The notes under the pieces were generated by a model, which saw nothing but the letters and a program-made list of their open reading frames with translations, searched no databases and was not told the DNA's origin. From NCBI GenBank assembly GCA_964598645.1, contig CAZRCS010000001.1:1-53307 (forward strand): 53,307 nt of DNA, read 5' to 3'. This DNA is from an uncultured bacterium. Lineage in GTDB: Bacteria > Fermentibacterota > Fermentibacteria > Fermentibacterales > JCC-6. A program made the translations under genes and the position numbers. Of the stretch, positions 8,376-16,925 are shown one piece after another (positions within the stretch are counted from its first letter, which is position 1; each line of letters begins with the position of its first letter).

Positions 8376-8977
8376 TGGCAACCGTTAGCTACAGCGCGAG
8401 GGAAATTGACTGCAAGCTGGTCTACGCCGGGCCCGGTCTGTCCGGGAAGACCACCAATGTCAAATACATACACAGTCAGGTAACTGCTGATTCACGTGGA
8501 AAACTCATCTCGCTGGCTGCGGGAAACGAGAGAACTCTGTTTTTTGATTTTCTTCCACTGGACTCCGGCGAGATCAACGGTTTCAAGATCAGACTCCACC
8601 TTTATAGTGTTCCGGGACAGGCAATGTACTCGGACAGCAGAAGACTTATCCTACAGGGAGTTGACGGTATAGTCTTCGTTGCGGATTCGCAGGAATTCAG
8701 GATGGACGCTAACATTGCAAGCCTCAGGGATCTGAAGGAGAACTTGAGAACCCAGAAGAGAAAAGGTGTCAGTCTTGTTCTTCAGTGTAACAAAAGGGAT
8801 ATGCCCGATGCTGTACCGGTATCCCGGATTGTAAGTGAACTCGGTCTTTCCAAGGTGCCCTGTCTGGAATCCGTGGCATCTGACGGCAAGGGTGTCTTTG
8901 AAACTCTCAGACGGGTCAGCAGGATGGTTATTGCCCGTCTGCACAGGCAATTCGAACTTCTGGAGGGCAGGGCCTGA
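8375..8977 (+). CDS. mglA: MglA-type Ras-like small GTPase
   Basis: REIDCKLVYAGPGLSGKTTN (P-loop), ERTLFFDFLP (intrinsic Arg region), LHLYSVPGQ (MglA-type G3 lacking the Asp) and QCNKRDMPDA (G4). Collinear with M. xanthus MglA along its whole length. TAATG overlap with tatA. Confidence 0.9.
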   Translation: MATVSYSAREIDCKLVYAGPGLSGKTTNVKYIHSQVTADSRGKLISLAAGNERTLFFDFLPLDSGEINGFKIRLHLYSVPGQAMYSDSRRLILQGVDGIVFVADSQEFRMDANIASLRDLKENLRTQKRKGVSLVLQCNKRDMPDAVPVSRIVSELGLSKVPCLESVASDGKGVFETLRRVSRMVIARLHRQFELLEGRA

Positions 8978-10413
8978 TGTCAGAATCTCTAGTCGATCTG
9001 CTTCTTGTTAGACTTGGAAGGGAAGAGGAAAAGCGGAAGGTTCTCAAACTTCTCATAACCAGTCTCGATCTGTCCGTATCCGATGCTGAGGATGCCGTGA
9101 ATAATTCACCATCTGTCATAAGGGAAGCTGTTCCCATGGCTGAAGCAAGAATTATTCAGAAGGATCTTTATCCCTACATCGACCTTCTACCCAGGTTTGA
9201 CGACGACGATGGGCAGGCAGATTCCGATAGTGTCGACGAATCACCTGAAGAAGTGGATGATTTTGACGAAGAGGCTATAGAAGACATCGACGAAGTGATC
9301 GAAGAAGGCGCCGACGAAGAGATTGAAGAAGAAACCGACGAAGAAGGGGAAGAACCCCAGGAAATCGGGGAACCGGAACCTGAAGAACCCATTCTTATCA
9401 CATCCGCCAGTGACGAGGTCAGATCCACCAGAAGATGCCACATATGCGGCAGAACACCAACAGACGGAGAAAAACTTGCCCCGTGCCGAACCTGCAGCGA
9501 TCTGACCTGCCGGGACTGTTTCGACCGATTGGCCCATGTATGCAGCAAATGCGCAGCAGCCGGCAAATCAATTGAGCATGCAAACGAGGGAGTGGAACCT
9601 GAGAAAGAACAGGGGCTTGTTTTCGATACCGACGAAACCAGGGAAACCTCCAAGGGAAAAGCAGGCTCTGGAGTCTTCAGATACGGCGCTGTTGCACTTC
9701 TGTTCATACTGGCGCTTGCTGCGGTGTTCTATTTCATGGATCCCATGGGCCTGTTCGGCGAAGAAGCGTCCCCTGAACCCTCCGGTGACATTGCCGGAAC
9801 AGATACCACCGAGATAATAAGACCCGATACCTCGGCAAACCTGCAGGAGGACACCCTGGCTGCAGTTCCCGATACCCTTCAAGTCATAGACCCCCCTGCG
9901 CAGGATGAAGATCCATACGGGCTTGCCTCACTTGTGCTTGACGATGAATACTCAGCAATAGAAAATCCGGCACCGGTTGATTTCAGAAGGAGTGCACCCG
10001 CTTCGGTGAGAGCTTCAGTCCTCAGGGAAGAATCAGATATCATTGCAGATCAGGTAGCAGTGATTGCCGCCTGGATACCCGTCCAACTGGACGACGCGGT
10101 TCTTCTGCAGTACCATGATTCAACGGAAGTTCTTGTGCTTGTACTGAAACACCCGGAGGAAACAGAATCGCGCCTCGATCTTCTCAGGCGTATTTCTTCC
10201 TGGCTTACCCCGTCTGAGATCGACCAGCTGGTTCTTCTTTACAGGGAAAACCGCTATCAGAATACAGTGATCATGAGTCTTGTTTCCAGTAACTTTCCCC
10301 TTGTACAGGGAGTTCTCAGTCCGGCTCAATTCCAGAACTATCTCAGTTACAGGGAAGACTGCTGGGAATCGATCTCCGGACCGGTGTCCGCCTGGCTCAC
10401 TGACACTCAGTAG
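8977..10413 (+). CDS. Hypothetical single-pass membrane protein: L7/L12-CTD-like N-domain, acidic linker, 4xCxxC zinc-binding module, TM helix, and an extracytoplasmic domain of about 220 aa
   Basis: TGATG overlap with the mglA stop. The cysteines are CHIC..CRTC..CRDC..CSKC (aa 154-192). The TM helix is FRYGAVALLFILALAAVFYF (aa 234-253). I recognise no family for the C-terminal half. Confidence 0.75.
   Translation: MSESLVDLLLVRLGREEEKRKVLKLLITSLDLSVSDAEDAVNNSPSVIREAVPMAEARIIQKDLYPYIDLLPRFDDDDGQADSDSVDESPEEVDDFDEEAIEDIDEVIEEGADEEIEEETDEEGEEPQEIGEPEPEEPILITSASDEVRSTRRCHICGRTPTDGEKLAPCRTCSDLTCRDCFDRLAHVCSKCAAAGKSIEHANEGVEPEKEQGLVFDTDETRETSKGKAGSGVFRYGAVALLFILALAAVFYFMDPMGLFGEEASPEPSGDIAGTDTTEIIRPDTSANLQEDTLAAVPDTLQVIDPPAQDEDPYGLASLVLDDEYSAIENPAPVDFRRSAPASVRASVLREESDIIADQVAVIAAWIPVQLDDAVLLQYHDSTEVLVLVLKHPEETESRLDLLRRISSWLTPSEIDQLVLLYRENRYQNTVIMSLVSSNFPLVQGVLSPAQFQNYLSYREDCWESISGPVSAWLTDTQ
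9199..9390 (+). repeat. Low-complexity acidic (D/E-rich) coding tract
   Basis: It encodes DDDDGQADSDSVDESPEEVDDFDEEAIEDIDEVIEEGADEEIEEETDEEGEEPQEIGEPEPEEP. At DNA level it consists of GAA/GAC/GAT-rich imperfect repeats. Confidence 0.6.
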
Positions 10414-10451
10414 AATCCCACACAAACAACCAAACGGGAGATCGTGATTTA

Positions 10452-12644
10452 ATGGCTTCAAAAAAGGAACGGAAACTTGTAATCATCGAGTCTCCAGCTA
10501 AAGCCCGCAGTCTAAGGAACTATCTGGGCAGCGGATGGGACGTGGTTGCATCCAACGGACATGTGCGGGATCTTCCCCTCAACAGAATCGGGGTCAATCT
10601 TGAGACCCTCGAGCCCACTTACACAGTACTGCCCAGTAAAAGGGCTACTGTGGCTAAACTCAGGAAAACGGCCGAAGGCTATACTGAAATCTACCTGGCG
10701 GCTGACCCTGACAGGGAAGGGGAGGCGATCTGCTGGCATGTGTCTGAACTCCTTGCGGACCCTGACCGTAAGTTCAAACGTATCCGGTTCAACTCGATAA
10801 CCAGAGACGCGGTGACAGCTGCATCCAGGTCAGCAACAAGTATAGACATGGATATGGTCGATGCCCAGCAGGCCAGAAGGGTAATGGATCGCCTGGTCGG
10901 TTACAGGGTGAGTCCGTATTTGTGGAGGACCGTGGGCAAAGGACTTAGCGCAGGCAGGGTGCAGACCGTTGCCTTAAAGATGATAGTGGACAGAGAGAAG
11001 GAGATAACACGGTTCATTCCCAGAGAGTTCTGGCCTGTTGAAGCTCTTTTCCTGCAGAATGGATCGGAGTTTTCCGCAAAGCTTCACAGAATATCAGGTA
11101 AAAGAGCCGACGGTGATAAGTATTCTCCCGCTACAGGTGAAGAGGCCGACTCAATCATCAGCATTGCAAAGTCTCTTTCCTGGGAAATAAACTCCATAGA
11201 AGAGAAGAGTAAGAATCGTAAACCTTCTCCGCCCTTCATAACCAGTTCCCTCCAGGTAACTGCTTCCTCCAGACTTTCTCTCGCCCCGTCTGCAACAATG
11301 AGGATTGCCCAGGATCTGTACGAGGGTTTTGAGATCAACGGTGAAAACACAGGTCTGATTACCTATATGAGAACCGATTCGGTAAGGATAGAACCAGCGG
11401 CCATTGAAGCCTGCAGGGAGTTTATCAAAGAAAAATGGAGCAGCAGTCTTCTTTCTGAAAAACCCAGAAGATTCCGCTCCGGAGGAAGTGCTCAGGATGC
11501 ACACGAAGCGATAAGACCCACGGATGTTACGAGAACTCCTGAAAGCTTGCGGGGAATTATTGAGCCAAGGCACCTGAAGCTCTATGACCTGATCTGGAAA
11601 AGGTTCGTTGCCACCCAGATGTCCGATGCGGTGGTATCCGAAACCTCTGTCTTCATCACAGGAGGGGACCTGGTTTTCAAAGCGGCAGGCCAAAAAATGG
11701 TCAGTGAAGGTTTCACCGCCGTGGATCCCCTTCAGGTCAAGCTTACTTCGGAGATCCCTTCCCTGGAAAAGGGTCCTCTGGTGCTGAACGATGTAAGAAC
11801 AGAGCAGAAGTTCACCAAACCCCAGGCACGGTTCTCGGAAGCATCCCTTGTTTCAGAGATGAAGAAGAAGGGCATCGGAAGACCCTCAACCTACGTTTCT
11901 ATTATCGGCACCCTCAAAAAAAGAACATATGTGGAGCTTAAAGAGAAGAAACTGATCCCCACTGAAGTGGGTACTGTTACAGCTGATCTTCTCGTAGCAC
12001 TCTTCCCCCACATATTCAAAGTCGATTTCACTGCGGACATGGAAAATCTTCTTGATGAGATAGCGGCAGGGAAGAAGAACTATCTGGAAGCTGTATCCCA
12101 GCTTTACGATCCCCTGGCAGTATCCCTGGAAGAAGCCATGAGAAGACTTCCTGAAATAAAGGCATCCCTTGTTAGAGAGACCTCTGAGAAGTGCCCTGAA
12201 TGCGGAAGAAACCTGGTGGAGAAGATGGGCAAATTCGGCAAGTTTCTTGCCTGTCCCGGATTCCCGAGCTGTAAATACACCAGACCTGCAGAGGGGAACG
12301 GCGAGGAAGTTCTGAATGACAGCCCATGCCCTGAATGCGGGGGAAAGCTTGCCGTTCGCAGGGGCCGGTATGGCAGATATGTCGCCTGCATGAAAAACGG
12401 CTGCGGATACACAGGACCGGTTCCCACAGGCGTCGGCTGCCCGGTGGATGGATGCACTGGCCAGCTGGTCGAGAGAACCACCAAAAAAGGGAAGCTCTTT
12501 TATTCCTGCAGCCGATTCCCGGCGTGCGACTTCGCCATGTGGAACAAACCGGTGGACAAGAAATGCCACAGGTGCGGCTTTCCGCTGCTGGAAGAAAGGA
12601 AGAAGGGAGTGTACTGCCCTAATTGCAAGAAGAAGATAGACTGA
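10452..12644 (+). CDS. topA: DNA topoisomerase I (type IA) with C-terminal zinc ribbons
   Basis: TOPRIM domain at the N-terminus (KLVIIESPAKARSL, DPDREGEAI), TYMRTDS containing the active-site Tyr, and several CPxCG..C..C zinc ribbons at the C-terminus. Confidence 0.95.
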   Translation: MASKKERKLVIIESPAKARSLRNYLGSGWDVVASNGHVRDLPLNRIGVNLETLEPTYTVLPSKRATVAKLRKTAEGYTEIYLAADPDREGEAICWHVSELLADPDRKFKRIRFNSITRDAVTAASRSATSIDMDMVDAQQARRVMDRLVGYRVSPYLWRTVGKGLSAGRVQTVALKMIVDREKEITRFIPREFWPVEALFLQNGSEFSAKLHRISGKRADGDKYSPATGEEADSIISIAKSLSWEINSIEEKSKNRKPSPPFITSSLQVTASSRLSLAPSATMRIAQDLYEGFEINGENTGLITYMRTDSVRIEPAAIEACREFIKEKWSSSLLSEKPRRFRSGGSAQDAHEAIRPTDVTRTPESLRGIIEPRHLKLYDLIWKRFVATQMSDAVVSETSVFITGGDLVFKAAGQKMVSEGFTAVDPLQVKLTSEIPSLEKGPLVLNDVRTEQKFTKPQARFSEASLVSEMKKKGIGRPSTYVSIIGTLKKRTYVELKEKKLIPTEVGTVTADLLVALFPHIFKVDFTADMENLLDEIAAGKKNYLEAVSQLYDPLAVSLEEAMRRLPEIKASLVRETSEKCPECGRNLVEKMGKFGKFLACPGFPSCKYTRPAEGNGEEVLNDSPCPECGGKLAVRRGRYGRYVACMKNGCGYTGPVPTGVGCPVDGCTGQLVERTTKKGKLFYSCSRFPACDFAMWNKPVDKKCHRCGFPLLEERKKGVYCPNCKKKID

Positions 12645-13513
12645 TTATCCGGGATTTCTCTGATGAGCTTCTTCATGGAAGGGGCCTGTCTCCATTAACG
12701 GTGAATGCCTATGTGAAGCAGATGACGGATTTCGCGGATAAGGGCGGATCGTTCCGGAATGATTTCACAGCGGACAGTATTCGTAACTACATAATGGGAA
12801 GGTCCGCTTCAGGACTCTCCATGAGATCCGTAGCCCGGATGGTCAGCTGCTTCAGGACCTTTTCCTCCTGGCTCCATGAAACCGGGAGATCGGAAAACGA
12901 TCCCGCTTCATCCATACACTATCCCGGAAGATCCAAGAACCTTCCAGGTTTCCTGGGAATTGGAGAGGTAAAGGCAGTACTGGAAAACTTCCCAACGGAA
13001 AAACCCCTGGGGGTAAGGAACCGTACGGTAGTGGAGGTTCTTTATGGAACCGGCCTGAGGGCCGCTGAAACGGCTTCGCTGCTGTTCAGGAACACACACA
13101 CGGCAAACGGGCTTCTAAAAGTGTTGGGAAAGGGTAGAAGAGAACGGATCGTACCGATTCCCCAGGGTACTGCACACTGGATTTCCAGATGGGTGGAGCT
13201 CAGGAACTCATTCATAAAGGGTGAAGATCCTGGAACGCTATTCCTGAGCGTAAGGGGGAGGAAACTTGACCCCAGAGATATCCGGCGTATTGTTGCATCT
13301 GGGGTAAAGAATGCCGCAAGGGCAGCTGGGGCCACTCCGCATACCTTCAGGCACAGTTTTGCCACGCATCTTCTGGATGCCGGCGCAGACATCAGAACGG
13401 TCCAGGAACTACTGGGCCATGCGGGAATAGGAACAACACAGATATACACCCATCTTACCACTGAGAAGCTGAAGGGTGTTTATATGAAGACTCATCCCAG
13501 GGGGAAGAAGTGA
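12623..13513 (+). CDS. xerC: Tyrosine recombinase XerC/XerD family
   Basis: HTFRHSFATHLLDAGADIRTVQELLGHAGIGTTQIYTHL supplies the R-H-R-H-Y catalytic set. It sits in the conserved topA..xerC-hslVU position. TTG start overlapping the topA end. Confidence 0.9.
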   Translation: MQEEDRLIIRDFSDELLHGRGLSPLTVNAYVKQMTDFADKGGSFRNDFTADSIRNYIMGRSASGLSMRSVARMVSCFRTFSSWLHETGRSENDPASSIHYPGRSKNLPGFLGIGEVKAVLENFPTEKPLGVRNRTVVEVLYGTGLRAAETASLLFRNTHTANGLLKVLGKGRRERIVPIPQGTAHWISRWVELRNSFIKGEDPGTLFLSVRGRKLDPRDIRRIVASGVKNAARAAGATPHTFRHSFATHLLDAGADIRTVQELLGHAGIGTTQIYTHLTTEKLKGVYMKTHPRGKK

Positions 13514-16386
13514 GAATCAGGGAATTTTTCACCACGGACAGACTGATAGCTATTGCAGCTGCACTGACAGCCTTCACAGTTTACACTGTTACACTTGCTC
13601 CGTCTGTGAGCTTCTGGGACAGCGGAGAATACATCACCTGCTCATGGGTGGCGGGAATTCCACATCCACCGGGGGTTCCTTTCTTCGTTCTCATGGGAAG
13701 GGTAAGCACATTGCTCTTCTCCTTCATACCCTCCATTGCAGCAAGGGTGAACCTTATGTGCGCCATTGCGGGCACCGTGACCATAGGGCTTTTAGCCAGA
13801 CTGGTTCAGCGTTGGTCAATTCGAATGAACTACGAACCATGGCTTTACAGGCCGGTTTCCGTTGCGGCTGCTCTCCTTGCCGCCTTCAGTTACACCGTCT
13901 GGAGGAACAACAACGCTACGGAGACCTACGCCATGGCAGGTGTGCTTTCACTTCTGATACTCTGGGTCTTCGACATCTGGCTTGAAAGGAGACTCGCTGG
14001 AAAACCCGCAGGCAGGCAGCTTCTGCTGACGGGTTATCTGATGACCCTTTCCATCGGAAATCACTTGAGTGCACTTATAGTAGTGCTTCCCATTTTCGCC
14101 ATGTATGTGCTCTATGCAGTGCGAAAGAAGGCATTCGAGTGGCGCTCACCCGGTTTTGTCACCATGTTCCTGGGACTAATGGTTCTGGCATTCAGCATTC
14201 ATCTTTACATGCCCCTGAGAGCCATTCAGAATCCGGAGATAAACGAAACTAATCCTTCTGTTTGGGAAGAATTCCGTGAAGCTCTTGAGCGAAAGCAGTA
14301 CGGACAGGTATCCATTTTGGACAGAAAAGGCCCCTTCACTGAACAGCTAGGGCTTTTCAGAGAATACCTCTCATGGCAGGTTGGTAAGCCGGAAGCATGG
14401 ACCGAACCAATGGGTACCCCGGGAGGAGCCGTATGGGCCTTCCTCTGGCTCGGTCTTTCCATGATGGCAATAACAGGACTCCTAGCCATGGGGGCAAGGA
14501 GGAAGGATCTTCTTGTTCTGGTTGGGCTTACCTTTTTCATGGCCAGTTTTGCCTTTGTGGTATATCTGAATTTTAAAACCGGACCGGAGGGCACCTCCAC
14601 TGGAGAAGTCAGGGAGAGAGACTACTTCTTCGGCGCGTCGTTCATTTTCTTCGCAGCCCTTGCAATGATGGGAGCAGGCTCACTCTTCCAGAAGCTAAAA
14701 AGCTCTCCGGCAAGGAAATCAGCCTGGCTTCTTCTTGTTTTTCCAGCGATATCACTCTCTGTAAACTGGCACATGTGCGATCGATCAGGTGACTTCGTCG
14801 CCAGGGATTACGGCATTAATCTGCTTGAATCATGCCCCGAGAACGGGGTGATAATAACTAACGGGGATAACGATACTTTCCCTCTCTGGTTTGCCCAGGG
14901 CGTTCTCGGTGTAAGACGGGACGTTCTCATATCCAATCTCAGTCTAATGAATACCAGATGGTATATGAGGCAGCTCATGGCAAAGGATCCCCTTCTGCTC
15001 AGTTACACTGATGATGTGGTGGATTCCATGCAGCCCGTGTTCGTATGGGGCCCGAATTTTTTCCATGTTTCCTCGGAGGGCCTTCCGGAAACCAGCGCCA
15101 TTGACAGAGCTGTTCTGGACCAGACCTTCAGCAATTCCTGGCCCTGGACCATGACCGACGGCGCTGCAGCGTTCACCGTTCCCAGTATGGGAAGGGGAAA
15201 CCAGGGTTCCATTCCCATGCAGGACCTTCTACTGATAAACATGCTTGCAAACCGCAAACTTCACGGCAGGGACATAATGATTGCCGGAACGGTATCCGGA
15301 GACAACAGGCAGTACATAGATGATTACCTTCAGATGCAGGGAATTACGTTCATGGTCCTCGATGAACCGCCTATCAATCCGGTGGATACCCAGAGGGGAA
15401 TGGCCCTGGCTGGAGAATACCTTACCACCGGTCTTACAGATCCCGGGATCTACAAAGATGATCAGGCCGTACAAATAGCCAGGAATTATGTGAGCTGCTA
15501 CACAAGGCTAGCCGCGCAGTTCCTTGCAGCAGGCGATCCTGAAAACACCCTGCTCTGTCTGGACATGGCAGAAAACCTGTTCTCGGCTATGCCGGATGAA
15601 TGGTTGCCCATAATGCCAAGTTTCGTACTCCTTAAGTCAAGACTCATCATGGGAACCCAGGGATCGGAAGCAGCGGGAGCTTACGTCCAGGAGTCAGTGG
15701 CATACATGGACAGTGTGGTTTCCGTGACTGGAAGAACATCCATGAACAGTTCCATCGCTCAGCTTTCCGCGGTTGCAGGTGAATTCCAGCAAGCCCAGGC
15801 ATTCAGTTCAGTGGTTGATTCTATCAGCGACGGAACCCCCGAGCAGGAGTGGATAAGGATAGAGGCTGCCCTTGCATTCGGAGACTATCTAACCGCAAGG
15901 ATCGTTCTCGACCAGCTTGCCGATGAATACTCAGGCACCGATGTGTTTGAACTGATGAAAAGCACCGTTGACAAACACACCATCTACAACCCCTACAGCG
16001 CAGGTCTTAACATCATGGATACGGCCTTGGCCGCAGTTATCGGATACATGAATCAGGAAAGTGCGGATCTTGAATGGCAGGATAGCATTGATGCAAAGAG
16101 CGTCGTTAACGAGATGATCGGACTTGCTTCCATAGACGAGGTGATGGCCGCTGTCTCCCTGGGAAACATTATGGCACCTCTGGTTGATGACCCGGACGAT
16201 GCTTCCCGAATAGAGGAGATATCAGCATACTTCCTGGCCGATCCACAGGAGGCAAGGGAAACAGCTCTGTGGTATATCCTTTCAATCAACTCCTTCTCAG
16301 GAGATGCCAGGGAGATCATACTCTCTGACATGGGTCTGGATGCACTGGCATGGAGTGCTGAATCCGGAAGCACGGAGGGAATATGA
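13510..16386 (+). CDS. DUF2723/TMEM260-like polytopic GT-C glycosyltransferase with a long C-terminal helical (TPR-like) domain
   Basis: N-terminal APSVSFWDSGEYITCSWVAGIPHPPGVPFFVLMGRV is the DUF2723 signature. About 10 or more TM helices are followed by roughly 450 aa of soluble sequence. GTGA overlap with xerC and ATGA overlap with hslV. Confidence 0.85.
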   Translation: MRIREFFTTDRLIAIAAALTAFTVYTVTLAPSVSFWDSGEYITCSWVAGIPHPPGVPFFVLMGRVSTLLFSFIPSIAARVNLMCAIAGTVTIGLLARLVQRWSIRMNYEPWLYRPVSVAAALLAAFSYTVWRNNNATETYAMAGVLSLLILWVFDIWLERRLAGKPAGRQLLLTGYLMTLSIGNHLSALIVVLPIFAMYVLYAVRKKAFEWRSPGFVTMFLGLMVLAFSIHLYMPLRAIQNPEINETNPSVWEEFREALERKQYGQVSILDRKGPFTEQLGLFREYLSWQVGKPEAWTEPMGTPGGAVWAFLWLGLSMMAITGLLAMGARRKDLLVLVGLTFFMASFAFVVYLNFKTGPEGTSTGEVRERDYFFGASFIFFAALAMMGAGSLFQKLKSSPARKSAWLLLVFPAISLSVNWHMCDRSGDFVARDYGINLLESCPENGVIITNGDNDTFPLWFAQGVLGVRRDVLISNLSLMNTRWYMRQLMAKDPLLLSYTDDVVDSMQPVFVWGPNFFHVSSEGLPETSAIDRAVLDQTFSNSWPWTMTDGAAAFTVPSMGRGNQGSIPMQDLLLINMLANRKLHGRDIMIAGTVSGDNRQYIDDYLQMQGITFMVLDEPPINPVDTQRGMALAGEYLTTGLTDPGIYKDDQAVQIARNYVSCYTRLAAQFLAAGDPENTLLCLDMAENLFSAMPDEWLPIMPSFVLLKSRLIMGTQGSEAAGAYVQESVAYMDSVVSVTGRTSMNSSIAQLSAVAGEFQQAQAFSSVVDSISDGTPEQEWIRIEAALAFGDYLTARIVLDQLADEYSGTDVFELMKSTVDKHTIYNPYSAGLNIMDTALAAVIGYMNQESADLEWQDSIDAKSVVNEMIGLASIDEVMAAVSLGNIMAPLVDDPDDASRIEEISAYFLADPQEARETALWYILSINSFSGDAREIILSDMGLDALAWSAESGSTEGI

Positions 16387-16925
16387 AACTGAGATCCACC
16401 ACGGTTCTGGGTATTGTAAGGAACGGAAAGGCCGCAATGGCCGCAGACGGACAGGTAACCCTGGGAGACACCATACTGAAAATGAGCGCCAGGAAGATAA
16501 GAAAACTCTGCGGAGGAACGGTACTGGTTGGCTTTTCCGGTGCAGGCGCCGATGCTTTTGCCCTTGTGGAACGGCTTGAGGAAAAACTTGAAACCTTCAG
16601 AGGAAATCTTCCAAGGGCATCAGTTGAGCTTGCAAGGGAATGGAGAGCAGACAAATACCTGAGGGAGCTGAATGCAATGCTTGCTGCCGTGGACAGTCAG
16701 CATGCCCTCATCATCGGAGGTTCCGGAGAGGTTGTTGAGTCTCCGGACGGAATAGTATCTGTCGGATCAGGATCTCCCTATGCGATCGCCGCCGCCAGGG
16801 CCCTGGACCGGCATACGCGAATGGGTCCTCTGAAGCTTGCCAGGGAATCAATTTCAATAGCCTGCGATATTTGCATTTACACAGGCGGAGATGTGCAGTC
16901 GGAGGAAATATGCGCTCCGGAATAA
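16383..16925 (+). CDS. hslV: ATP-dependent protease subunit HslV
   Basis: RSTTVLGIVRNGKAAMAADGQVTLGDTILKMSARKIRKL contains the N-terminal Thr nucleophile motif, and GSGSPYAIAAARAL is present. Confidence 0.95.
   Translation: MKLRSTTVLGIVRNGKAAMAADGQVTLGDTILKMSARKIRKLCGGTVLVGFSGAGADAFALVERLEEKLETFRGNLPRASVELAREWRADKYLRELNAMLAAVDSQHALIIGGSGEVVESPDGIVSVGSGSPYAIAAARALDRHTRMGPLKLARESISIACDICIYTGGDVQSEEICAPE

Noticed and set aside
9199-9390. GAA/GAC-rich repetitive DNA as a possible tandem repeat or CRISPR-like array
   Set aside because: The repeats are imperfect, in frame, and encode a continuous D/E-rich linker inside an ORF. There is no repeat-spacer periodicity.
12623-13513. Tyrosine recombinase as a marker of an integrated mobile element, with tRNA-Gly at 21774 as a possible attachment site
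   Set aside because: The gene sits in the conserved housekeeping topA-xerC-hslVU context and overlaps both neighbours. I saw no flanking direct repeats, phage genes or plasmid genes. The tRNA is 8 kb away inside a biosynthetic operon.
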